From NCBI GenBank assembly GCA_963833425.1, contig CAWHXP010000014.1, positions 32,001 to 96,000 of the forward strand: a DNA stretch of 64,000 bases, read 5' to 3'. This DNA is from an uncultured Methanosarcinaceae archaeon. Its GTDB lineage: Archaea; Halobacteriota; Methanosarcinia; Methanosarcinales; Methanosarcinaceae. A program made the translations under genes and the position numbers. The notes below the pieces were generated by a model that was given only the letters and a program-made list of their open reading frames with translations, made no database searches and was not told the DNA's origin. Within the stretch, counting starts at the first letter, position 1. Every line of letters begins with the position of its first letter. Shown one piece after another: positions 1 to 10,279 of the stretch.

Positions 1-299
1 AGTTGTTGATCGCGGTACCGATCTCTCACTTAAATCTGAAGGAACCGCCATTAAGGGGGACAATAATAGCAACATGTACTTCGACACAATAAATACTTAT
101 ACAATAAAAACTGGAGTGCAGTTTCAGGAAATATGAGTGCTGACGACGAATATAAAGCCGTCATTCATGAGAACTTCCGATTGTAGTTGGTAACGCGCCT
201 AACGTAATTTATATGTTTCTGGGATAAGATATTTGATTTGATATTTATGACACTTTTAAAGAGTTGAAAGCCCAATAAATTTTGGCCAATTTTCAATAT

Positions 300-705
300 A
301 AATAAGAAACAGAATTCATAACAGGAGATCCTATACTTCATAAACTGAAACTTTTCAAAAGTTTTGACAAAAATGACGAAATTTTAATAGCGAATAGTAT
401 CTCAATATTTAATTATCTAACAGAAATAAACTGTCATTTGGAAATTCATGGATTGATTTGGTGTCTTTTGACGAAATAAAAGAAGAAGATAGAGAATTAG
501 AAGAAAAAAGAACTACCAAAGCATTTATTTATAGTAATGATAATGGATCTAATTATACGCGGCAAACGAAGGAATCAACGATATTGAAGCTAATATCGAG
601 ATTAGATACTCAAAGACTCGATATGTTAATAGCTTAAAATAAATATTTTGTGAGAAAATAAAGACTTTAAGATATACATTCATTCTTCAATGTCAAATAT
701 ATAGA
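300..705 (+). pseudogene. Degenerate copy of the 3' end of the membrane GT-C-like gene at 7972..9774
   Basis: Sequence such as catttggaaattcatggattgatttggtgtcttttgacgaaataaaagaa and gaactaccaaagc..tttatttatagtaa aligns by eye with ~9510-9620. cattcttcaat..aaatat matches the gene end. Indels break the frame. Left boundary approximate. Confidence 0.8.
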
Positions 706-1146
706 TAGCTTGTCTCAAAACTGTTAAGAATGATGTGCTTGAAGTACAAAACAAACAACCTTATCCCACATTAGGCAGGTCGACATTAAATTTTTAGAAT
801 TTTTACAATATCTGCTAACTAATATGGCTCCTTTGATATCTTTTTTGAAATAATCTGCAATTACTGCAAGTGATTGTTGGATTTACTCTGACATTTTCAG
901 ATTAACTTTCTTTCTCTCGAGTGTGCTTCCTTTTATATTCAATCTCACTCAAATCTTAAAACCTTCATTTGGCAAGTTTACACAATCACGGGTATATATT
1001 TTCATACTTATTCACGTGAGACTCAATATTCCAATATTTTCTTTGGTTTTCCGTTATTTTTAGTGGATAACCATTTTTAATAATTGTTCTCCCAATTATA
1101 TAGATTTTTTATTAATAAAAGCTAAATTTTTAAAATTAATTTCTTG

Positions 1147-1488
1147 TTACATGTTAAATATAGTAACTCCAAATACAATTAATCCAATACCAATAACTTG
1201 TTCTCTACTAACAGGTTCCTTAAGCACAAAATAAGAAAAAATCGTTACTATAAATAAATTAAGTGATGTTAATGAATAAAAAACTTTAAGAGGAATCTCT
1301 CGAAGAGCATACACAGAAAATAGTGTGACCACAACAAACAACCCATAAGCTATGATTACGTGTCTATTTAGATAAGTACCCACAAATTGGTTCTTCCGCT
1401 CTCCTTTTTTTGCTCCAATTTTTAACAATGTTTGACTAACCCCTGTCAAAAAAATCGAACCTAATGCAAAAATCCACGAGATGATCAT
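1147..1488 (-). CDS. Small 4-TM SMR/EamA-family membrane protein (ArnE/ArnF-like flippase subunit candidate)
   Basis: 113 aa, four hydrophobic segments, SQTLLK and LKEPVS..IGIGLIVFGV patterns typical of the DMT superfamily. Confidence 0.75.
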   Translation of the reverse strand: MIISWIFALGSIFLTGVSQTLLKIGAKKGERKNQFVGTYLNRHVIIAYGLFVVVTLFSVYALREIPLKVFYSLTSLNLFIVTIFSYFVLKEPVSREQVIGIGLIVFGVTIFNM

Positions 1489-1847
1489 ATATAATCACCG
1501 GATTTACTTGCAAGTATCGTAATCCCACTGGATATTAAGATTAACCCGAATATATTATTGATACTGATACCTTCTTTAAAAAGAAAGTATGATGGAATGA
1601 GTACAACAAAATTTACCAGGCTCATGAATGGATAAGCGAATGAAAGTCGATAGTGCATCAGTGCCTGCTGCCAGAAAATCGCCTGAAGAATGAGACATGT
1701 AATTGAGAGAAGATAGAATATATTAGTTAAGACATTTAGAAAATTCAAACCCTCAATAGCCATAGCAGCGTATTTTCCAAAGATGCTTCCAGTTGATTGA
1801 AGCAAGATACATAGGATAATAAATATGAAATTAAAATTTGATTTCAT
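1485..1847 (-). CDS. Small SMR/EamA-family membrane protein (second subunit)
   Basis: 120 aa, LSFAYPFMSL and FKEGIS..GLILISSG motifs; 4-bp overlaps with both neighbours. Confidence 0.75.
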   Translation of the reverse strand: MKSNFNFIFIILCILLQSTGSIFGKYAAMAIEGLNFLNVLTNIFYLLSITCLILQAIFWQQALMHYRLSFAYPFMSLVNFVVLIPSYFLFKEGISINNIFGLILISSGITILASKSGDYI

Positions 1848-2782
1848 ACATACATCTCACTGATTACATAAGGTTGAACGCAAGTTATTTCTGTCAATAT
1901 GCGGTGGAGATATTCTCCAATTATGCCGATGAATATGAGGATACATCCACTGAGGAAAGTAGTAGCTACCATTAAGGAGTTCCATCCCACGAGACCATAT
2001 GCAGGGTCTAGTATGGACCTTATTACAATACTTGTGCCATAAGAAATGCTTAGAATACTGATAAAAATACCTGAAATGCCTGCTAATTGAAGAGGAAGGG
2101 ACGAATGATTGATGAATAAATCCAAGCCTATACGAATATATCTGAAAAAGTTATAATTTGACCTTCCGATATTTCTTTTATTGTGTATAACACTTACATT
2201 TGTAATTTTATTCGTTGGAGCATTTTTAATAATTAATGCTTCAATCAGAGGATATGCTGTTTTTACGGTTATAATATTTTTTACTACATCAGATTTACAG
2301 ATCACGAAATTTGATAGATAAATATCTCTTGGGATATCTAGTATCAAATGCATGAATTTTTTAAATAAATAACTAAAAATATTTTCAATCTTATTATGAT
2401 TTTTAATTATATATTCTCCATAAACTACCCAATATCCTTCGTGAATTTTTTTGACCAGTCTTGGAATTTCTTCAGGTGGATTCTGCAGATCATCATCCAT
2501 TATTATTATGTAGTCTCCTTTACAATGATTCAACCCGCATAATACCGTGCTATTTTGACCGCAGTTTTTTGCTAAATGTATAATTTTTATTTTCTCCCGT
2601 TTTCTAAAAATTTCTATTAATTTATTCCAACTGTCATCCGCGCTACAATCGTCTATAAAAATAATTTCATAATTATCTGTTATATCATTAAATGTATCTG
2701 CTATTCGCTGATATAACTCATCCAGAGTAAACTCACTATTATATACAGGGATTACAATTGAATATTCAACCTGATTTTCCAT
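1844..2782 (-). CDS. GT2 glycosyltransferase, polyprenyl-phosphate type (ArnC/GtrB-like)
   Basis: SIVIPVYN, IDDCSAD and MDDDLQNPPEEIP motifs plus two C-terminal TM helices. Start placed at ATG 2782 after a GGAG-like RBS. Confidence 0.88.
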   Translation of the reverse strand: MENQVEYSIVIPVYNSEFTLDELYQRIADTFNDITDNYEIIFIDDCSADDSWNKLIEIFRKREKIKIIHLAKNCGQNSTVLCGLNHCKGDYIIIMDDDLQNPPEEIPRLVKKIHEGYWVVYGEYIIKNHNKIENIFSYLFKKFMHLILDIPRDIYLSNFVICKSDVVKNIITVKTAYPLIEALIIKNAPTNKITNVSVIHNKRNIGRSNYNFFRYIRIGLDLFINHSSLPLQLAGISGIFISILSISYGTSIVIRSILDPAYGLVGWNSLMVATTFLSGCILIFIGIIGEYLHRILTEITCVQPYVISEMYV

Positions 2783-3464
2783 TTCTCCACCCCCAAATAT
2801 AATCTGGTGTTTTTTCACCACAGTTAAATATTAGATCTATGATAGACACTAAATGGTTAAAATTCCCCCACAATTGTGGATACTCTAAATATCCAGAATA
2901 ATTTTTGTATTCTAAAGTTATCCCTGCTTTTTCAAATTTTTCGTTAACGATATAGGTTTTTGCTGAAGGTCCTGTTAAATACTCATCTGCATCAATTTGT
3001 TTGCAAATTTCAATAACTTTATCGTCTTTAGTTCCGCATGTATCCAAAGTTGTTGAATTTATGAATTCGGTATTTATATCTAATATTTTACTGATTTTTT
3101 TTATTGCGTAAATATTTAGTTCCGAAACTGTTTCAAACTTTTTACTATATATTTCGAGAATTTCTCCTTTATACGTATCATAATATTCTGAAGCAGCATA
3201 ATTTGCATTAATCATTTTTCTGTGCTTTATCGCCCAATTTTGGGAATAATTAATCTTTGTTTCAAAGATTTTTTTATGAATATCACCGCTAACAGGTACT
3301 GTTATCCATTCGGTTCCACTTGGTGTTTTAAGTTTATTTCTGTTTCTCCAATCGTTTTTTGTGTATTGTACATCTTCAAGAAAAACAAAAGTATCAACAT
3401 CATGGATGATGTCAAAATAGCCTTTCCATGGAAGATAATTTGACTGAATAATTGCTGCCTTCAT
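2766..3464 (-). CDS. WbqC family protein
   Basis: IIQSNYLPWKGYF, DVQYTKNDWRNRNK, WITVPV and SIIDLIFNCG signatures. Confidence 0.9.
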   Translation of the reverse strand: MKAAIIQSNYLPWKGYFDIIHDVDTFVFLEDVQYTKNDWRNRNKLKTPSGTEWITVPVSGDIHKKIFETKINYSQNWAIKHRKMINANYAASEYYDTYKGEILEIYSKKFETVSELNIYAIKKISKILDINTEFINSTTLDTCGTKDDKVIEICKQIDADEYLTGPSAKTYIVNEKFEKAGITLEYKNYSGYLEYPQLWGNFNHLVSIIDLIFNCGEKTPDYIWGWRNGKSG

Positions 3465-4153
3465 ATTTTTTCTCTGAAATATTTTGAATAATCTGGGAAT
3501 TGATTTTTTATAAAATTTTCTTTATATATATATACAAAAAATTCGTATAAGGGGATATCGTGTTCAATACAAACAAACCGAGATAAGTTTTTCACGCACC
3601 AATCCATTATTGTTTTTGGATCAGCGTAATAAAGTCTATTATCATAAAATTCAGAATAGATTGTTAAGAAATTAAAACAAATACCTTTTCTAGCCATCTT
3701 AAACATGTTTTTTATGGATTTAAATACAAATAGTTCCCATTCTTCAATTAAGTTCTCTTCTTTGGAATTGAAAGTTCCATTCAAAACAAAATAATCTTTA
3801 TTTTGTATTGAAGGATCAATTTGTTCAATGTTATCTGAAATGTCTTGAAGGAAAAATTCACAAGTTGGATATTTCTTTCTATCTAATACTATAAATTCTT
3901 TTATGATGTCATTCCCTGAATAAACAGCATCAAATTTAAACATATCCAAAAATTCTTTATAATGTGCTAACCCGCAACCTACGTCATGAACACTGAAAGA
4001 TTTAAGTCCTTCATACTTAAAAAGGTCTGAAATTTTTTGAAATCTGAGGTATTGACTTTTCTTATCATTCCATGATACAGAAAGGGGATTATCCCCAAAT
4101 TCGTTAAATTTACTCAAATAAAATTTTTCCTGACTTTTATTTATCATATCCAT
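3461..4153 (-). CDS. Class I SAM-dependent methyltransferase
   Basis: QYLRF, VHDVGCG motif I, GICFNFL; type often found in sugar clusters. Confidence 0.8.
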   Translation of the reverse strand: MDMINKSQEKFYLSKFNEFGDNPLSVSWNDKKSQYLRFQKISDLFKYEGLKSFSVHDVGCGLAHYKEFLDMFKFDAVYSGNDIIKEFIVLDRKKYPTCEFFLQDISDNIEQIDPSIQNKDYFVLNGTFNSKEENLIEEWELFVFKSIKNMFKMARKGICFNFLTIYSEFYDNRLYYADPKTIMDWCVKNLSRFVCIEHDIPLYEFFVYIYKENFIKNQFPDYSKYFREKI

Positions 4154-4187
4154 CTATCTCACCATTTTAAAATTATAGGTTATTCCT

Positions 4188-4660
4188 CTAATGTTGCCTA
4201 CTCAAATTTTTTATCTCCATATTTTTTTCCATTATAAAACATGTATTTTGTACCTTTATGTTCGAAAATAAAGGATATTCTATCATTTCGGAATCCCAAC
4301 TAGGCTCAGAAGCATCAATACCTACATCATAGTTCTTCCTAACCCGCTTAATTCCATCAGTTGATTTTGCATAATCAATTCTATAACTATCTCCCCTGAA
4401 TAGTACCACATTTTGCATCTTAGCAATCTCCAACTTCCACGCGCTCCGATTTCTAAACTATCACGAAACCCGAATGGATTTGAGCAATATTCTTTGAACA
4501 ATTCTCATTTTCAGCAATGTCAATGATGTATTAATCTTTATAAGGAGCAAATGGAAATGAGATCTCCGTATAGCTTATAAGGTTCCATAGCAATAGATTC
4601 ACCTAGAAAAGATACTAACTACGGCAGCTGATTCAGGACACCACCTATATCAAGCATAAT
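4188..4660 (-). pseudogene. Decayed ORF, possibly an FkbM-like methyltransferase remnant
   Basis: Minus strand reads MLDIGG..., then IAMEP, interrupted by stops. Weak resemblance only. Confidence 0.25.
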
Positions 4661-4664
4661 CCAA

Positions 4665-5335
4665 TATTAGCATCATTAACATGCTTCATCCCAGCATCAA
4701 CTCTCAATTGTTTTCACAATCTCCACAACTCGACTTCTCCTCTAGCTTCTATCAGATGTCCTTTTCCTTTCAAGTCGAGATGGGATTGATTGGAATTATT
4801 CCATCAATTTCCATCATACTCGAATCAATCATTTTCTTTGATTTTCCTTTGTTGCAAAATCCAAGATCCTCGATTTCAATTAATTCGGCCATAGCGAAAC
4901 AATCATTGACTTCTGCAACATGATATTCTCGGGATTTGGATCACACATTTCATATGCCTTCTTCGAGACTCTGAAGGTCACAGGCATGTTAGCGATGTTT
5001 TTCTTTTGTCAGTTCAATAGTTTCGATATCATATCCGATTTATGCAAGCTTCAGAGGTGTTTCTACATTTCTTGAATTTATTTCACTATTACAAATAAAA
5101 CAGAAGATGCACCGTCTGAAAGGGGGAACAATCAAATTATTTTGACGAATATGCAACATTTTTAAAGACAATACTTCATTATGTTTTGAAAGTTAGAAAT
5201 ACATATTGCATCGACTTGATTAAGGTTTAAATTTTCTAAGGATTGAGTACAAACTTCTGTCATTAAATCTTCAATATTAACATATTTTTTCCAAATTTTG
5301 TATGACTCGTTCCAAGAACGTTAAGTTTCACTTTA
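4665..5335 (-). pseudogene. Archaeal thiolase-family pseudogene, internally deleted
   Basis: Fragments in the expected order: KLNVLGTSHTKFG (~5330), DCSP/LSDGASSVLF (~5130), VAEVNDCFAMAELIEIEDLGFCNKG...GIIPINP (~4920-4790). Many stops and frameshifts. Confidence 0.75.
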
Positions 5336-5374
5336 TAACCTTCAAGCAATTTTTTTAATAAGCTTATGCAAAAC

Positions 5375-6658
5375 TTATCTTTCAAATTTTTCTGGAGTAT
5401 GGAGTTTAATTTCCGGTTTGTTTACTGATTTACCAGTTATTATATTTGAATCATCATCAGACAGATGTTCAGCCAATTTACGGATATATGGGAAAGTTTT
5501 GCCTTTTAATATTTCCCCTATTGAAGATACCACAAAATCCAATTCTTCGTTTTTCATTCCCGCATAAAGTGGCAATCGTAATAGTCTTCCGCTGATATCT
5601 TCTGTTATTGGAAGATCACCACTTACGTAACCTAATTTTTTTCCCATGGGTGCAGAATGTAGAGGAACATAATGGAAAACTGCATGAATATCTTTTCCTC
5701 TAAGGGCGTTGAGAACGTGATTTCTAATTTTTTCATTTTCAAAAAGCACATAGAACAAATGAGCATTATGGTCAGCATAATCAGGTATAAAAGGCAACTT
5801 GATTTTTCCTTCTTCTTCAAAGGGTTTCAAAGTGTTGTAGTAAACGTTCCATACACGCTTCCGTTTCGTTTGAATTTCCTCGATTTTTTCAAGTTGTGCA
5901 TTAAGGACCGCTGCTAAAACATCACTTGGTAGATAACTTAACCCAATATCAACCCATGTATATTTGTCTATTTCTCCACGAAAAAATTTACTCCTATTAG
6001 TTCCTTTTTCTCTGATGATCTCAACACGCTCAGCTATCTCTTGATCATCGGTATTAATTAAAAGAGCTCCTCCTTCACCGCAAATATAATTTTTAGTTTC
6101 ATGAAAACTGTAACATCCAAAATCCCCAATCGTCCCAAGATATATATTTTTGTATTTTGCATTGACACCATGAGCTGCATCTTCTACTACTTTTAAGTCG
6201 TTTTCTTCTGCGATTTCCATAATCTGTTCCATATCGCAAGAGACCCCAGCATAGTGGACAGGATATATGGCTTTTGTTCTGGGTGTGAGTTTTCGTCTTA
6301 TATCCTCAGGATCGATATTCAAAGTTTCTTCCTGGATATCTGCAAAGATAGGCTTTGCCCTGGCAAGTAAAATCGCATTCACAGTTGAGGAAAATGTATA
6401 GGATGGAACAATAATTTCGTCGCCTTGTTTGAAGCCCATAGCACGGCTTGCAAGTTCTAGGGCACTCGTGCCTGAGGTCGTGAGCGAAACTTTTTTTGCC
6501 CCAAACTTCGTCTCCATAAATTTTTGAGCTTTGTGGGTATATTTTCCATCTCCACATAGATGTGAACCGCTTTCACCTTTTTGCACTGAACTGAAGAGTT
6601 CTTCTATATATTTCAACTCATTTCCAGTGAAATAAGGCTTGTTAAATGGGATGTACAC
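5375..6658 (-). CDS. wecE: dTDP-4-amino-4,6-dideoxyhexose transaminase (DegT/DnrJ family, WecE-like)
   Basis: IPFNKPY, TTSGTSALE, VVEDAAHG, SFHETKN (PLP lysine), EKGTNRSKFFRGEIDKYTW. Confidence 0.88.
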   Translation of the reverse strand: MYIPFNKPYFTGNELKYIEELFSSVQKGESGSHLCGDGKYTHKAQKFMETKFGAKKVSLTTSGTSALELASRAMGFKQGDEIIVPSYTFSSTVNAILLARAKPIFADIQEETLNIDPEDIRRKLTPRTKAIYPVHYAGVSCDMEQIMEIAEENDLKVVEDAAHGVNAKYKNIYLGTIGDFGCYSFHETKNYICGEGGALLINTDDQEIAERVEIIREKGTNRSKFFRGEIDKYTWVDIGLSYLPSDVLAAVLNAQLEKIEEIQTKRKRVWNVYYNTLKPFEEEGKIKLPFIPDYADHNAHLFYVLFENEKIRNHVLNALRGKDIHAVFHYVPLHSAPMGKKLGYVSGDLPITEDISGRLLRLPLYAGMKNEELDFVVSSIGEILKGKTFPYIRKLAEHLSDDDSNIITGKSVNKPEIKLHTPEKFER

Positions 6659-7457
6659 GACTGCCTTCCATTTTTATCTTGTCTTCCTGATATCTAAGCG
6701 AGATATTTGCGTATTGTAAAGGCTCTTCTTGTATCTTATTATCAATCTCGAAAAGCAGTTTATTTGCATACTGATATGATTCGAAAGTTCCTGCATCAGT
6801 CCAATTTCCGCTTACAATACCGTATGTAAGCTGGTTTTGTCTGACATATTCGTTGTTGATATCACTAATTTCGAGTTCTCCTCTTTCAGAGAGTTTAGTG
6901 TTTCTTATTATGTTGAATACAGAGGAATCATACATATAAACTCCAATCACTGCGTAATTGCTCATAGGATTTTTTGGTTTTTCTTCAATATTAACAATCA
7001 TCTTCTTTTTTTCGTCAAGAGCAGCAACACCAAATCTTTCAGGATCACCGACTTTCTTTAGAAGAATTCTCGCACGGCTTAATTGCCTTTTATATTCTTC
7101 TACATGGGGCCTTATACTGTGCGTAAGAATATTGTCACCCAGAATCACAGTCATCGAATCCAAACCTATATATATTTCTGCGAGAGAAAGTGCTTGTGCA
7201 ATTCCTCCTGCATCCTCCTGAACCTTAAAAGTAAATTCGCAGCCAAACTCTCTACCACTACCAAGAAGACGAACTATCTCACCCATATGTTCCTTACTTG
7301 TAATTATCAAAATGTCTTTAATTCCTACTGAGATCAATTGCCTTATTGGATTGAAGATCATAGGCTCTTTACCTACAGGCAAAAGGTGTTTGTTCGTAAT
7401 TTTTGTTAGAGGTGCAAGCCTCGTTCCTGTTCCACCTGCCAAAATTATTCCTTTAAT
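6642..7457 (-). CDS. rmlA: Glucose-1-phosphate thymidylyltransferase family
   Basis: (I)KGIILAGGTGTRLAPLT..TNKHLLPV, LGDN, ERGELEISD, WTDAGTFES. The conserved N-terminus extends to an ATT codon at 7457. Confidence 0.85.
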   Translation of the reverse strand: MKGIILAGGTGTRLAPLTKITNKHLLPVGKEPMIFNPIRQLISVGIKDILIITSKEHMGEIVRLLGSGREFGCEFTFKVQEDAGGIAQALSLAEIYIGLDSMTVILGDNILTHSIRPHVEEYKRQLSRARILLKKVGDPERFGVAALDEKKKMIVNIEEKPKNPMSNYAVIGVYMYDSSVFNIIRNTKLSERGELEISDINNEYVRQNQLTYGIVSGNWTDAGTFESYQYANKLLFEIDNKIQEEPLQYANISLRYQEDKIKMEGSRVHPI

Positions 7458-7971
7458 ATTAATCCCCCCAACTGTATGATCTATATATTACTACACCGCT
7501 TCTCTTAAATAAATTTTACCACGTGAGTGCAGATTTCAATATATATTTTCCCCAAATAAATTCTGGGCCTAGAATATTTGGCTCTTGTTATTCTAGTGGG
7601 TAATTAGAGTAATTTTCTAAATGTGGTACTATATATCTAAAATTTAAAAACATTTAGTGCAAGAAATCACAATCATGATAGCGTCATGTAACGAACCTGA
7701 AAAAAATTATGCGAAGTTATTGAATTATTCATAACGGCTTGAATTTGTCGATTTTCTGCAAAATCACAAATTTCAAGAAGTTATTGGATAAACAGTTCGA
7801 TGTCGAAGAATAAATATAAATATAAAAATTACTTACATAAAAACAATACTTACACAATTAATTACAAATCTTAATATATTAAGTGTCTACCGTTAGTGAT
7901 TTTCAGACAAGCTATGAGGGTCGGTGTGCATGTGACCCTCTGCTCCAGAGTTAATAAATTGGAGATTCTTT

Positions 7972-9774
7972 ATGAGTCTTGAAGATAGATTAAACATATT
8001 CACCCAAAAATACGACCAATTTTTAAATGCTTATCTGATGTTCGCAGTTGTTTTTTTATATCATTTGCTTTTTATATTTCAGGGACTTGATTTAACTGAT
8101 TTTGGATACCATATTACACATCAAATATTCTCATTCACCTTCTCACCTGGGGTAAAATACATCGAACCTACATTTTTTCTAACTGATTTTATAGGAGGAA
8201 TGTGGCTTTCTTTAATTGGGCATCCAAATGTTCTATGGGCAAAACTGGGGGGAGTTTTTCTTCAAGCGTTGAATGCTACAATTATTTTTTCTATCTTAGA
8301 GAACTATTTTGAAAAAAGAAAAGTTTTCTTTGTTTTATTTGTAACAAGTATATTTACTTCTATATTTCCACTAATGTATATTCATTATTTTACATTTCCA
8401 GCTTTTTTAGTCAACCTCGAGTTATTAGTATTCAACAAAATAATTTTATCTGATATTGGATCTAAAAAAAGGAGTTTTTATAGTTTTTTCCTCGGATTCA
8501 TGGTAATTCCAATAATTCTAAGTAGACTTAGTCTCATACTGATATTTATCATCCCAATTATTTTTTTTATTTATTGGTATGTGCGAAAAAAAGAAGTTTT
8601 ATGCTTCAAAAAAATCATTTATCCTACTATAATAGGAATCTTTTTTTCTAGTATCCTATTTGGGTTATTTTTTTGGTACCTTGATATCTTAAATTATTAC
8701 TTTTTAAGTATTATTGAAAACATATCTTTCTTAGTTACAGGTGTTGCAAATAAAACAAGTTCTATGTCTGCTGCTAGTTCAAAGGCAAGGTTAATTAATA
8801 TTTATGTATTCGACTCTAAACTAATTATTAATATATTATTAAAGTTGATCTTTGGTATTTATATCTTATCAATTATAAAAGAAAAAATTGGGAAAAGAAA
8901 AATCAATATGTTAGTAATATTATTGACATTATTGCTGATTTTAAATGTGAGTTTGTCTGTAAAAAATGACTTTGATATTTTTGTTTCTACTGTTCGCCCT
9001 CTATTAACTGTTTTAATTGGAATCATCATTGTTTTAGCAATCACCTATTTTGCGTTTAATAGAGTGATGAATGAGAAAATAGATTTATTGTTAATTTCAA
9101 GCATAGGGATTATGATAATTAATCCAATTGGTTCTAATACTGGATTATTTAAGTCAATGTATGGAACGTGGTTAGCATTACCTCTTGCAGTGCTGAGCAT
9201 CTGTAAGATAAAAACAGATATTAAAAATAAGAGAATTTCATCAATGGTATCTTTAATACCGATACTACTTATTTCTTTATTATGTTTGTCTATTTTTTTT
9301 AATATCACTTATATTTATAGAGACGATATAAACCGTTTGAACTTGAATACAGAGTTTTCAGATCCATCACTCAAGGGAGTATATTCTACATCTAACAGAG
9401 TTGAAGCTGTAGAAGAGCTTGTATATCAGATAAGAAAACACTCTGACAAATATGATGAAATTTTAATAGCGAATAACATCCCAATATTTCATGCTCTAAC
9501 AGAAACAAAACCATCATTTGGAAATCCATGGATTGATTTGTTATCTCTTGACGAAATAAAAGAAAAACAGCGAAAATTAGAGGAAAAAAAAGAACTACCA
9601 AAGCTATTTATTTATAGTAAGGCTAGTGGAAGGCTTGATTGGCCTTCAAGCTACAATGATTATAAAGGTGATGGTAATATTGGATACTTAAAATCCCGAT
9701 ACGTTAATGACTTGAACTATTCTCTTTTATTGGAAAACGAATACTTTGCAATATACAGTCATTCTTCAATATAA
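7972..9774 (+). CDS. Polytopic membrane protein, probable GT-C fold glycosyltransferase (ArnT/PMT-like)
   Basis: 600 aa, many TM segments, acidic GLDLTDFGY loop after TM1, soluble C-terminal domain; divergent from the sugar cluster. Confidence 0.6.
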   Translation: MSLEDRLNIFTQKYDQFLNAYLMFAVVFLYHLLFIFQGLDLTDFGYHITHQIFSFTFSPGVKYIEPTFFLTDFIGGMWLSLIGHPNVLWAKLGGVFLQALNATIIFSILENYFEKRKVFFVLFVTSIFTSIFPLMYIHYFTFPAFLVNLELLVFNKIILSDIGSKKRSFYSFFLGFMVIPIILSRLSLILIFIIPIIFFIYWYVRKKEVLCFKKIIYPTIIGIFFSSILFGLFFWYLDILNYYFLSIIENISFLVTGVANKTSSMSAASSKARLINIYVFDSKLIINILLKLIFGIYILSIIKEKIGKRKINMLVILLTLLLILNVSLSVKNDFDIFVSTVRPLLTVLIGIIIVLAITYFAFNRVMNEKIDLLLISSIGIMIINPIGSNTGLFKSMYGTWLALPLAVLSICKIKTDIKNKRISSMVSLIPILLISLLCLSIFFNITYIYRDDINRLNLNTEFSDPSLKGVYSTSNRVEAVEELVYQIRKHSDKYDEILIANNIPIFHALTETKPSFGNPWIDLLSLDEIKEKQRKLEEKKELPKLFIYSKASGRLDWPSSYNDYKGDGNIGYLKSRYVNDLNYSLLLENEYFAIYSHSSI

Positions 9775-9784
9775 AATATGTAGG

Positions 9785-10250
9785 CAGTGACCGAAAAATT
9801 CTGTAAAATATTAATAGGATACATGATCAATGTTTATACTGACAAATATATTGTCTTTCTTGTATGCATTTATGCATAGCTTTTTGTAGTAGATTTCGGT
9901 ATGAAAAGTGAGTTCAGGATCTGAAGATCTGCATTACATGTGATACTTTCATTATTAGCGAGAAAGTAATGGCTTTTTGATACAGATATTGAGTAGGGCT
10001 ACTGCCATAAAAACTGAAGCTTTTTTAATGGTTGTCATAAAGTGGACTATTTCCGACTCTAGAACTCTCAATAATTCAACATGGTTTAACATCTGGCTCT
10101 ATGTCATACTTTTTAAAAAAAGCTAAACTACAATTACATTAGAATCATTCTAAAAATATCCAGGATTATCTTGAAACTAATTCATTTAGGTTCTTCAAAA
10201 AGAACAGGGTGCTTTCTTTTAAATAGTATGGCCAACTCTTAGTCTAATTT
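9785..10250. mobile_element. Possible decayed IS remnant (ISH3-like end cagtgaccgaaaaattctgtaaaa)
   Basis: Related end sequences recur near 12954 and 15240-15295. No intact ORF. Confidence 0.3.
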
Positions 10251-10279
10251 TATATTGTAAAGCGTTTTCGCCTCTGATA

